A stretch of DNA of 63,998 nt, filler included, from Rhizaria sp. SCN 62-66 (lineage: Eukaryota): the NCBI GenBank assembly GCA_001724265.1. It is 4 parts of 4 records of this genome, joined end to end, with 100 filler letters (N's around TTAATTAATTAA, not from the genome) between each part and the next. Parts side by side here need not be neighbours in the genome. Positions count along the whole stretch, not along the records: positions 38,608 to 58,469 come from MEDY01000470.1; 3 more parts are not named here. The stretch is one strand, 5' to 3'. The notes beneath the pieces were generated by a model. It was not told the origin of the DNA and did not search any database. It saw nothing but the letters and a program-made list of their open reading frames with translations. The translations under genes and the position numbers were made by a program. Each line of letters starts with the position of its first letter. The first letter of the stretch is position 1. Positions 47,001 through 58,569 of the stretch are shown one piece after another.

Positions 47001-48324
47001 TTTTTTTTTTGTTCTGGCGCGCTTTCACGCGCTCTTTATTTTGTTCGCTGCAGCGTTTCCGGACCCCGACCTTCCCCGGACTGCTCGCAGCCTCATATCG
47101 CCCTGTTTGCTTTATCTGACCACTGAGCAGGTGCGCCAAGACTTGCTTTTCGAATCAATTCCTGACTGCTTGTGACAACGCAGTCACTTGGCTATCATAA
47201 GTTTACATGCGATGGTGATTCACTCATTCACAACCGTCACGGTGCATATGAATATTTAAATATTCAATTTATTTATATTTTTTAATTTTTTTGTATCGGC
47301 CCATATAGCACTCCGTAACCGCTCTAGTCTTCAAGTCGCAGCCACCAAGGTCGCAATTATTAATACAATCATGATCATTCTGATTTGGCATGTTTGTGAC
47401 AATGAATGCGGCTGACAGCATGGACCCAGACCCAGTTTGACACGACAGTTGCATGCGTACTTCAAGTTGATTTGTGAGACACAAGAAACACTTGATAGCT
47501 GGTCACCTTAAGAAGCTTTTCAGCAGTGTTGCTGTTGAATATTTTATCTTGCCAATGCGAGATGCTGATCTGGTATGTCTTGAATCCCTTTTCCCAGTGA
47601 CATTGTGACTAATATATATTCCCCCCGAAATAGTTACTTTAAAAGCCAGAAAAACTGATTTATGTGTTCAAAGGTAAACATCTTGAATAGAAGAACAAAA
47701 ACAAGAGACCAAGTGGAAAAAAAGTCTTTTTAGATATTATTTCATAGCTTTAAATAACTAAAATTTTGTCTGAGCGCGCTTTTATGCACACATATTTTCA
47801 CTTTTTCTGAATTGAAAGTAAAGTCTATCAATGCGAGGCCGATATATTTTATATTCATTTTTTGTTTACATTATTTTACGCATAAAAAATTTCGTTTACT
47901 TGCTCACAGAATGAGATATTTTCTTAGAATCGGTTTCTGTTCAGAGAGCTTCAACGAGTTGACAGAGCCAGCACATCCGCCAATTGATATTGCCATCTTC
48001 TGTGGCCGTTGTTTTCGTTCTCTGCCGAGTTATGATTGAGATCTCTATGTAATTCTTATTAATTCCTTTTTACACTTTGCTAGTCGCGGAGAATCACACA
48101 TGCCGAGCTGCAGTTCGACTCTCCTATGACAAACCCGAATGCATTCTCAAATCTTATCCCCTGAACCAAATTTTTACGGTCTCAAAAAGTGCCACGGTGC
48201 CGACCCTCTTACAAACAAGATTTAACTATGCTTTTATATCTTAATTCTAACGCATATCTAATGTGTTTCTTATCTTCACGATTTTTTGCCTCGTTTTATT
48301 GCTTCCTCCAGTTCGTTCGTCGCC

Positions 48325-48954
48325 ATGCTTCAGCGTGCCGTCCGCACCTCCCTGCGCTCCGTAACTGTTCCCCGCATCCCCGCCGCCGTGCTCTCTGCCC
48401 CGCGCGCCCTCGTGCACAACCGTCCCGTGAACGGTGTGACGTACAACGACGTGCGCCCCAAGGTGTCGTCGACCGCGTTCGTGGCCTTCAATGCGACGCT
48501 CGTCGGCGAGGTCCACCTCCACGACAAGGCGTCTGTGTATTACACCGCCGTCGTGCGCGCCGACAACACCCCCGTGGTGATCGGCGAGTGCACCAACATC
48601 CAGGAGGGCGCCGTGCTGCACTCGGACCCCGACGCCCCCTTAGCCGTGGGTAAGGGTGTGACCGTGGGCCACCGCGCGATCCTGCACGGCTGCCAGATCG
48701 CCGACAACGTGCTCATCGGCATGGGCGCCACGGTCATGAACAACGCCGTCATCGGCGAGAACAGCATCATTGGCGCCAACGCGCTCGTCACCGCCAACAC
48801 CAAGATCCCGGCCAACTCGCTCGTCATGGGCGCGCCTGCGAAGGTTGTGCGCGAAGTCAAGCCGCATGAGATCGAGGGCATTAAGGCCTCGGCCAAGGTC
48901 TACACCGACAAGATTGCCTCCGCTAAGGCCGGCAAGCCCCTGTACTTCGAGTAA
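48325..48954 (+). CDS. Gamma-class carbonic anhydrase (mitochondrial complex I CA-type subunit) with transit peptide
   Basis: Hexapeptide repeats (IGECTNIQEGAVLH, VGKGVTVGHRAILHGC, IGMGATVMNNAVIGENSIIGANALV) with all three Zn-ligand His; presequence MLQRAVRTSLRS. Confidence 0.93.
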   Translation: MLQRAVRTSLRSVTVPRIPAAVLSAPRALVHNRPVNGVTYNDVRPKVSSTAFVAFNATLVGEVHLHDKASVYYTAVVRADNTPVVIGECTNIQEGAVLHSDPDAPLAVGKGVTVGHRAILHGCQIADNVLIGMGATVMNNAVIGENSIIGANALVTANTKIPANSLVMGAPAKVVREVKPHEIEGIKASAKVYTDKIASAKAGKPLYFE

Positions 48955-49394
48955 GCAATCAGTCTACAATGACGAAGCAAGCAATCATTGCGAGCAAGAT
49001 AGCGACAGACAGATGGACTGCAACATGAGCAACAGTAGCAAAGAGCATGTCGTGCAACCTATTGTCATTTGTTTATGCATATTTTGACGCATTGAGTCGA
49101 GAAATCAGATTATCTTTAAGTTAAATTCAATACAGTAGTAATTTCATTATCTTTCGTCCGTGTCTTTATCAGTGACTTGAAGTATACGTTCAAGAGCAAT
49201 GTGTGTGAAAAAAGACATTGATTTATGTATACATATGTACTGTTAATTGCTTACAGTGTTTCAAATAAGCATAAAGTAAGGTTATATCTGTTTTTCCTAT
49301 TTTCAAATTACACAGCAAAGATAGCCATTAACATCCTTAAAATCAAAGAAAGCTATTGCTTCGGTAGCAACGTCAAGTTGTTTCGCTTCATGGT

Positions 49395-51385
49395 TTAATG
49401 CTTACTGCGCTTGGGCACGCCCATCTGCGGCGGCTCCACCACCATGCCGCCTGCGCCGATGCCGACCGTCGTCCCGGGCACCTCACGGCGCTTCTTCTGT
49501 CCCGCCGCCACGCCGGCGAGCCCGCTTTCGGCCGCCAGCTCGCTGCGCACCTGCTCGCGCGAGGCCAAATGCCGCTGCAGGTTCACCATGGTGATGATAT
49601 CGGCACGCAGCGAGTCGTACAGCGTGCTGGTGAGCTCGGTCGGGATGTCGAACGGACTCGTCTGGTTTTTGCCCGTCTTGAACCCAAGCGAGAACAGCTC
49701 CGTCTCAAGCCGCTTGGCGTGGCGCCCCATCAGGGTCAGCTCGGCCGAGAGGTGCGTGGACCGCAAGCCGGAGCCGGGCTCGGTGTTGCGGACATCGCCG
49801 GCGAGGCACGCGGGTGGGATTGCCGCCAGGTGCGTCACGCCGTCGGCCGCGAGCGTGTACGGCACCGCCGCAGCGGCCGCGGACATGACGCTGCCGGCGC
49901 CCGCTGCGCTAGCCGCGGCCGACGGGGGGCGACGCATGCTCGACGCTGAGGCCGAGAGCACGGGCGGGGCCATCTGGCCGGCAGGGGCCGCGGAGGCGCG
50001 AGCGGCGGCGGCGGCGGAGGCCGAGGCAGACGCCGCGACGTGCGACGGCAGCGGAATGCTGATGGCGCCGCCGGAGCCGCCCGCACCACCAGCCCCAAAC
50101 CGCGGGTCCGAGACGCCCGACCCGTCGCCGTGCTGCTGCTGCTGCGGTGGCGGGTAGAAGTTGCCGCCGTAGCCGTGCTGCCCCGGATGGTTCGGGTGCT
50201 GGCCGGGGTGCTGCGGCGGGTAGCCGCCGTACTGGTGGTAGCCGCCCGCGCCGCCGGGGCCGCCGGGGCCGACGATGCGGTGCGCCGCGGCTGCTGCTGC
50301 TGCGGCGGCGGCCTGCTGTTGCTGCTGCTGCTGCTGCGCGTAGAGCATGCGGACGGCGCGCTTGACGCCGCGCAGCACCTTGGCGAGCTTGCGCACGTGC
50401 ATGACGGCGACGGCAATGTTGCGGACGAGATCGGGCGAGCGCGCGAAGATCAGCCCCAGCTGGCGGCGGCGCTCAGTCTCGTACTGCAGCGCGTAGATGG
50501 TCATCACAACGGGGTTCAGGTGCACGTCGGGATCGCGCCACGCGCGCGCCAGATGCAGGTGGCGCTGGATGTGGTAGTAGCGCGCGCGCAACTGCTCCAC
50601 GGACTTGACGCCCGCGGGGACGATGGTCGCGTCGGTCATCACGGCGGCGCTCAGCGTCCACGCCGACGAGCCGGGCAGAGGGCCGGTCACGGTCAGCGCG
50701 GTCACTGCGTTCGTGCCGTTGCCGCCGTAATCAGCGACCGCGGCGGGGAAAGGAACGGAGGGCACGGGCGCGGGGGCGTTGGGGTTGATGTTGAAGGCTG
50801 CCAGGATGGCGTTGGCAGTCGCGTCCGTCGTCGCAGGCTTGACGGACGGAGCACTCGCGTCACCACCAGCGGCCGCAGTAGTCGCAGAGCCAGAGGCAGA
50901 GGCAGAGGCAGATGCGCTGTTGTTGCCGCCCTTGTTCGCATGGCTGCTACCAGCAGCAGCAGTAGCAGCAGCAGAACCACTCTTGCTGTCACTGCTCGCC
51001 TTGTTCTTCGTGTTCGAGCTCGTGAAGGCCGCCTCGGGGTTGTAGTCGGGATTAATGCGAGTGCCAGTGACAACGTACGCGTCGCCCTTGGCCGCCGCTG
51101 CGGCCGCCGCCGCTACAGCAGCGCGCCGCGCTTCGGACACAAGGTCGATCGCGAGGCGGTTGCACCCGTCGCTGCCAGTGGCCGCCGCGAGCGCGCGCGT
51201 GTACACGAGCTCGCCGGGCGCCGTCGCGGGCAGCGTGATGAACGGCGTGGGGCCCGTGCCGACCCCGGAGACGCCACCCGGCGACGGCAGAGCGGTCGGC
51301 GCGACGGCGTGCGGGATGATTGCGCTCTCGACCAGACGCGGCGGGGCGCGCACGGGCACGGCGGCGGCGCGCGCGGCGGCCTCTC

Positions 51386-51416
<31 letters not shown>

Positions 51417-54027
51417 TGCGCTGCCAGTCGTGGCCGTGACCGCGGGCGCGGGCGCAGGGGTCGTCGCCGGGTGCGGGCGCGTCGCGATGAGTGAGGACAG
51501 CAGCGCCATGCCCTGCAGAGGGGCGCGGCGGGCGGCGGCGCTGCCAGCAGCCGAGGCAGAGCTCGACTTTACACCAGCCTTGCTGTCGACAGCAGACGCA
51601 CTCGCGGCGCTGTCAGAATCAATCATTGCATTACCCCCGGCGGCGCTTGCGCTGTTGCTGCCGTCGTTCTCGACCTTGACCGAGACAGCAGCAGCAGCAG
51701 AGCCGGTCTCCGCGGCGACCGCGGCCTCGGCGGCGGCGACCGCGGCGGCGACTGCAGCGGCACAGTCCGCGTCCTCGATCTTCACCGCACGGCGCACGTC
51801 GGCCGCGGAGACCGTGGCGGGCAGGCTCTGGCTGTGCGCGGTCAGCAGCGAGGTCGCCGCGGCGCCGCCGGCGACGACGCCCGTGCCGCCGCCCGTGAGC
51901 GCGGCTACAGCGGCGGCGGCGGCAGCGGCGTTGTTGCTGCCGGGGGTGGCGAGCGCAATGGCGCAGCCGCCGCCACCGGCCGCCGTGACGGCCGCGGCGA
52001 ACCGGTCGTGGATGACGGTGAAGCGGGCGTCGTAGCGCTCGACCATCTCCATCAACACGTCGGTCTGCAGCCGTGTCCACTCGGGGTCGTGGAGGGCCTC
52101 GTACTCGGCGTCGGTGTACATAAGCATGCCGAGAGGACGCGAGAAGCGCGCGAACATGTTCGGGGTTCCGCCCGTGGAGCCGCCGCCGCGAGACCAGTGG
52201 CTGAGGCGCGCAGCCGTGCCCAGCAGCGCGGGCGTGCCGCGCGCGGCGGCGGCCGCGACGGAGGAGGCGGGCACTCGGCGCAGCGCCGTTGCCGTTAAAG
52301 TCGGGTGGCGCAGACGGGAGGGCGCGGAGGAGTCCAGACGGGAGAGATCCGTCGCACGAGCTTCAGCAGCAACAGCAACAGCGGAGGTGGAGCTCGCGCG
52401 AGCAGTCTTCTTGGTGCTGTTAGCCGCTTGAACGAGCAATGCGTTGAGATCAATCTCTGCTTCCGCGCCGTCAGCGCTGCTGTTGCTGCCGTTGTTGTTA
52501 TAGGTGTTGATCCCAGTGTTGCCGAGAGTGCGCGTGTTGCTGTGGTGTGCCGCGGAGGCAAAGCCGCGGTTGTCGACCGCCGCCGCCGCCGCCTTGGCCC
52601 CCGCCTCGGCCGCGCGCGCTTCGTTGGGCTTGAGCAGGAGCTCCCGGTCAGTGCCGAACCGGCGCGGGGGCCCCACCATCGCGACACCGCCGCGAACGGC
52701 CACGGGCGTGAGGTCCGTGCCCGTCGCCGTCGCCGCGCTGATGGCCGTGTTGGCGCCCGGGCGCAGCCGTGAACGCTGGAAGAAGGCGGAGGCGTCCTCG
52801 TCCTCGGCGTCGACGACCATGCTGGCGCCGGCCAAAGGACGGTTCGAGTCGATACCGCTATTGGTGACGGTGGAGTTGACGCGGCGGATCACCTCAGTGC
52901 TGCTGCTGTTGTTGGCGGCGCTGGAGTTGGCGTGGGAGCGGAACGAGAAAGGCTCGCGACGCTCCTTGCCGTTGCGGGGACGGATTGGCAGCTCGCGGTC
53001 AAACAAACTGGAGGGAATGAATTGAATATATCGAAACAATAGAAACGCGGTGTGAGAAATAAGATAATAAACTCGTTTAATTACGCAACAAGAAAACAAA
53101 TTGCGTTAATAAAATTCAAGTACTTCGTATCATCAAGGGATATCTACGTTCTAATGAAGATTATTCATTAACGTACCGAGCCTGAGCGATGGCGTTCGCG
53201 CGGTCGATGCTGGCCCCAACGGACTCGCCCCGGCCGACCGAGCGGTCGCCACTGCCCGCGGCATCGGCGTCACCGTCTCCGTCGCCGCCGCTGCCAATAT
53301 TCACGCCCGCGCGCGGCGGCAGCGTGAGCAGCCCGTTGACGACGGAGTTCTGCGAGTAATTCGAGTGGTGCACGCTCGCAGACACGCTGGCCGCGATGGC
53401 CGCGGCCGGGTACAGGGCCGCCTCGCCGCGCACCAGCCCGTGCCCGCCCGCGAACGGCACACCAGGACGCAGCAACAACGGCGCGACAGTGGCACCCGAG
53501 GCAGCGCCGTTGCCAATGTTGTTATTGCTATTGTTCAAGAGAGATGCGGCGGCGGCGGTGGCGGCGCGCGCGCGCGCGGAGCGCGAACCAGAAGCAGCGA
53601 GCGCGGCGGCGGCGGCGAACGCGCCGCCCATGGGGCCGCTACTGTTCCCGCTGCCGCCGCCGTTGCCGCCGCCGCCGCTGCTAAGCGTGCCCGAGGTGGC
53701 GGCGGCGGTGGCGGGCGGCGGCGCGGCGACGAGCGCGCGCAGCTGGTTGACCGTGACGCCCGCGTCGGCGTACGTCACGGCGCCGGGCGCCTCGGAGGGG
53801 TGGTCCGTGCCTGTTGTCGCGGAGGCCGTCGCCGTCGACGCCGCGCCCGCGGAGAGCGGGTGCGGCGCCGCGGACGAGGCCGAGGCGGGCAGAACCACGC
53901 GCGCGAGGCCCGAGGCGCGGTAGACGGCCTCGCGCGCGCCCGTGACGAGGCGCGGCGCAAAAGAGGTGTTCTGCAGAGGCTCCCAGTGCCACGTCTGGTC
54001 TTGTGCCTGTTAGAAGCAGTCACAAAT

Positions 54028-54076
<49 letters not shown>

Positions 54077-55298
54077 CAAACCAAAGAGCATTCATTGTGA
54101 GGTGGACGACAAGATATTAACATTGAAATAGAAACATGTGAAGGGATTGACCGTAGAATTGGGTTATTCACAAATGTTTTCTTTTTGAGAAGGCGTCTAT
54201 ACTTGCGGATATCGAAGACGTCGCTCGAAACGTACCAAGTTGGGGTCGGTCATGACCGCGTCGCGGTGGGAGAGCCCTTCGAGCGCGACCTCGAGGTCCT
54301 TGGTGCTGCGCGGGGCCGAGATCTGGCGCGACAGAGAGAGCACGTGCGGCACTGTCGTCGCCACAGGCGCCCCAGGGGGCGCGCCGAGCGAAGACGAGGA
54401 AGAGCTTGAGCTTGAGCTTGAGCTTGAGCTTAAGTCTGCGAGACGAGGCGCCGAGGCCGAGGGCGGCAACGGGAGCACGACGTACGGCATGTCGGCGCCA
54501 GCGCCGCTATCCTTCTCGCTCTTGACCGAGCCCTTGCCGCCGGCGCTGGCGTGAAAGGTGCTGGCGTGATTTGCGTGGCTACGAGTGGGCACGACGACTG
54601 GGCGCGCGGGCACAAGCGTCGACGTAAAGGGGAAATAGCCTTCCGCGAGGCCCGTCTGCATAAAGGTCGGGTTTCTCAGCGTCGTTAGAGCGGCGCGTGC
54701 AATAGTGCGCTGGACGGTGGCGGAGTTGATCGTGACGTCTTTGTCTTCATCATCGTCGTCGTCCTTCATCTGTTTCTGCTCAGACTCCTGATTAACCTTG
54801 TTGCTGCTGCCGTCGGCCGCCGCCGCAGCAGCATCAGACGCAGTGACACTGGAGCCGGAAGCAGCGCCGTCGGTCGGCGTCGCACTGCTGGCCTCAACCT
54901 TGGTGACACTGAAGTCGGCGGCAGTCGCAGAGGCGGCGTCAGCGGTCGCAGCGTTGGCATTAGCCTCAGTCTTGACAGCACTGGCAGCGCCTTCACCGGC
55001 ACGGGCGCTGGCACTAGAGCCCCCCGCTGCCGCCGCCGCCGCGGCATGCTTGTCCTTCTTGGTCTTGCTGGTCGGCGCAGGCTTGCTGAGGCGCTGCTGT
55101 GCCAAGTATGCGATGTGCTCAGAGTCCCAAATGGGCACCTGGCCCCACGCGAGGTCGAAGGCGTCCTGGTCCGTGCGGAACGTCTCTGTCGTCGTCGGGG
55201 CAAAGATCTGCACCAGCGGAACCGAGGGCGCGGGCGCGGCGGTCGGCGCCGCAGTGGGACGCGGGACAGGGGCCTGCTGTTGCTGCTGCTGCTGCTGC

Positions 55299-55336
<38 letters not shown>

Positions 55337-55579
55337 TTGAGGCTGTTGCTGCTGCTGCTGCGGCTGAGGATGAGCCTGGGGCGGCACCTGCGCTTGCTGC
55401 GGCTGGGAGGAGGAAACAGCGGCGTCAACAGGGGCGGCGGCAGCCGGTGCAGATGTCCCGGCAGCAGCGGCAGCAGCGGGCGCGGCTGCAGCGGAGGTGG
55501 TGGCGGGGGCTTGAGTCGGGACAGGCTCAGACTGAGCTGCCTGCTGCCCCGGAGCAGCGGAGGAGGACGAAGGCTGCAT
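49395..55579 (-). CDS. DMAP1: DMAP1/Swc4/Eaf2 (NuA4/SWR1 subunit), greatly expanded, 3 exons (~1940 aa)
   Basis: Exons 55579-54203, 54006-53177, 53007-49395 are frame-consistent. WHWEPL, LSHW, FARF, YTDAEY..L.DPEWTRLQTDVLMEMVERYDARFTVIHDRF, SVEQLRARYY, ETERRRQL, PTELTSTLYDSLR. Confidence 0.82.
54027..54074. repeat. (GA)n microsatellite in DMAP1 intron 1 (CT-rich on the coding strand, next to the acceptor)
   Basis: About 23 GA units with one interruption. Confidence 0.9.
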
Positions 55580-56202
55580 TAGGCAAAACAGAAAGGCTGT
55601 GCAGCGTCAAGCGCGCGCAGAGAGAGCGAACGGTCCCAACGCCGGGAGCGTAGCGGCGACGAAGAGCGGAGGGAGACTTGAGGACTCACACTGCACGACC
55701 AGTCGAGCGACGAAAACACGTCTAAAGCACAGGCTGTGAAGAGGCAGAGGAGTTAGAAACAAAATGAATAAGTGAGTGAAAACGGTGCATATTAAATTCT
55801 GGAACATTGTCCTTCCGAGCAAACACTGGCTGCGACAGGAGCGTGTCTTGATGAAAGACAGAGGGACCAAGTCTGGCCCGAGGATGGCCGAACTCCAGCG
55901 CGAGATAGCAAGGCCTAAAGTGATGATCTAGTTGTGTAATTGAAATGATACAGCAACAAGAGTACATATATTATAGGCAAAAACAAAAATTTGAAGATCA
56001 CAAATCATAGCACCCAAAATATCCACTTTTGGCTTCGCCGCGAAAGTCACTTGACGTCGCCACTGCCGCCCCGGTTCGGTGGCGGTTCGCAAAAAAGTGA
56101 TCCAGACAGAGGGAGACGAGCGATTCGAGCACCCTTTGTTCGCGACTCTGCCCCGCTTTCCAGTGATCGTTAAAGCAGGTTTTTCTTCCTTATAGCACAG
56201 CG

Positions 56203-57093
56203 ATGTCTTTTAGCAGTCCTGTTCCAAATACTGCAGGTCCAGCGGCCACGCCTGCTGTGCCACAATCTCCTGCTCCTGCTCCGGTGCCTGCCCCGTCGGA
56301 TATGACATCCGCGACGCGATTCTCCATCGCTGTATCGTCTCAGTTCGCTCTTGTCACCAAACACAAACTTGCCTCCGCACACGTCCTTGCAGAGCGCAAC
56401 GTCACCGCGCTTTCCTCGCTTACCAGTGCTCAGGACACGCTGAACCAGGCGACGGAAGAGATTCGCACGTTTGCCATGGACGTTGAGGACGCCGACGAAG
56501 TCGCCAAGAAGCTCTACACAGACTGCACCGCAAGCTTTGCCAACATTGCCATGATGCTTGACTCGACGCTTATGGCGCACAGGCGCAAGACAAACCCTGT
56601 GTTTCGCCGCCCTTTCACCACATCGACCGCGCCGCCCGCCACCGCAGCCTCCCTCCTCGCGTCCTCCGCCTCATCCTCCACCTCTGCCTCAGGCTCTGCC
56701 TCTACCTCTGGTGCTGCGCCCCGTTCGACTGCAGCCTCGTCCGCCACTGCTGCTGCTGCTGCTGCTGCTGGTAGCGGTGTTGTTGTTGATGGGGACGGGG
56801 ATGAGGATGGGGACGTCGTGATGTCGCCGTCGCCGTCGCCGTCGCAGGTGCCATCGCAGACGCAATCGCCGTCATTGGCACCGGCACTGCCGCCTGTGCT
56901 GGAGTCTACTTCTGCTCATGCTCCTGTCTCTGTTTTTTCTCCTGCTCCTGCGCTGGCTCAGAGTGCTGATACCGCCACCGCGAGTGCTCGTGACGCTGCG
57001 GACTCGGCAAGCGTGAGTGAGGGCGCGAATGCGGGGAGCGTGGAGAATGGGGCTGAATCTAACGTTATTGCTGCGAATAACAACACAGACTGA
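56203..57093 (+). CDS. Hypothetical 296-aa protein with a short coiled-coil core and low-complexity tails
   Basis: Open GC-rich ORF with codon style like neighbouring genes, divergent from DMAP1; no family recognised. Confidence 0.6.
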   Translation: MSFSSPVPNTAGPAATPAVPQSPAPAPVPAPSDMTSATRFSIAVSSQFALVTKHKLASAHVLAERNVTALSSLTSAQDTLNQATEEIRTFAMDVEDADEVAKKLYTDCTASFANIAMMLDSTLMAHRRKTNPVFRRPFTTSTAPPATAASLLASSASSSTSASGSASTSGAAPRSTAASSATAAAAAAAGSGVVVDGDGDEDGDVVMSPSPSPSQVPSQTQSPSLAPALPPVLESTSAHAPVSVFSPAPALAQSADTATASARDAADSASVSEGANAGSVENGAESNVIAANNNTD

Positions 57094-58217
57094 ACGCTTC
57101 TGTTACTGTGGCAACCCTCGTGCGGGTGACTGCGCAAGTCTCACCGCGAGTGTGTTGCAAAACGGCTCACTAGTCACGCAAACGCAGTCAAAACATCGTC
57201 ACGGTTATCATTCTTAGTCGATGCTGACCAGTAACAGCTGCAGCGCTTGTTAGCACTTCGTTAAAGTGGACATGTTCGGTTTATGAACAATATCAAAGAT
57301 ATCTAGCTTTTATAAACGTGCGCGACTCACTTCGTTGTTAGATTTTACATAAAGTGTTGTTGCTGCGCTATCTTTTTACTTAGTCACCTAAAATAGTTTC
57401 AATACAATACAATCTTCGCTCCATACTGCTGTTTGTACTGCGATGTCGCTTCTACACATGATTGATTGATGCTCCGATGCCGTTTCACAGTAAAAACAGA
57501 CACACTGCTGCATGCGTAGCGCTTGTGCGCTTCCGTTGTTTTAAATGAACGAGTTGCAGATTTTGCGACATAGGAGTCGTAATTAAAAAAAACAACAAAT
57601 GATGAGTTTTACACAGTGACTGATAAACGGTTGATTTGATGAATGATAGAAAGAGAAACGTGTTTTTATTCGTCTCGCTTCAAATAGTCGCGCGAACAAC
57701 GCTGCAGACTCAATTTTAACTGTGATAATCACTGTCTTAAACAAAGAAATGTACAAAACGACTAATATAAACTATCGCCTCTAATAACGGCGTCAAAATT
57801 ACTCCTTGTCTTCAATCATTGCAGATAGAAACAGCACGATGGCGGTTTGAGTCGCTAATGACAATCTAATTGAAGTGTTGCCGTTATCGTTGTCGTAGTG
57901 TGTGTGCGTGTCGTGTTGTGTAACAATGCGTGACATGAGTGTGCCAGAGCTGCGATGTCACTGATGTTAGCACGAGCGCTCGTAGCGCTTTATGTGGACT
58001 AACACAGGAACAGTTTCATAGCCAGATCACTCGACACGGGAAAACACATGCACAGGCACAACACAGCAGACACACGCTCACGAACAGAAGTAGTTACACA
58101 CGTTTAGAAGAGGAGTTACTCGCAGTCACACAAACACTGAACGCAGATCAGTATCGCCGTGGCTGTGAGCTAAGTACTCGCTCACGCTTTGCGACATGGA
58201 AGACGTGAACCGAGTAC

Positions 58218-58469
58218 TTAGATAGTGTAAGAGGCATCGATGGCAATGCCGCAGAGGTTCTTGCCGGCAGCCATGCGGATGTAGCCGCCCTCGCCCCAGG
58301 ACGCGCCCCAGGAGTTGCGGACGATGTAGTAGGGGCTGCTGCCGTCGAGGTCGTAGCCGACAGCGGCGACGCCGTGGTTGAGGGCCTTGCCGCAGGGGCC
58401 GGAGAAGACGCCGGAGGAGTAGAACTGGAAGTTGGAGTTGGCCTCGACAGCGACGGCGACGACGGTCTT
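58218..58469 (-). CDS. Papain-family (C1A, cathepsin L-like) cysteine protease, C-terminal fragment
   Basis: Not in the ORF track. [34 protein letters not shown]...[28 protein letters not shown]; catalytic His and Asn present. Confidence 0.95.
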   Translation of the reverse strand, partial: KTVVAVAVEANSNFQFYSSGVFSGPCGKALNHGVAAVGYDLDGSSPYYIVRNSWGASWGEGGYIRMAAGKNLCGIAIDASYTI

Positions 58470-58569
58470 NNNNNNNNNNNNNNNNNNNNNNNNNNNNNNN
58501 NNNNNNNNNNNNNTTAATTAATTAANNNNNNNNNNNNNNNNNNNNNNNNNNNNNNNNNNNNNNNNNNNN
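58470..58569. other. Artificial contig linker
   Basis: N-run + TTAATTAATTAA + N-run. Confidence 0.98.

Noticed and set aside
926..55653. Hundreds of long antisense and alternate-frame ORFs overlapping the real genes
   Set aside because: Expected shadow ORFs in very GC-rich, stop-poor exons; no recognisable motifs.
56203..57093. Possible Mediator Med21-like or BLOC-1-like subunit
   Set aside because: Only a generic coiled-coil resemblance; no diagnostic residues, so left hypothetical.
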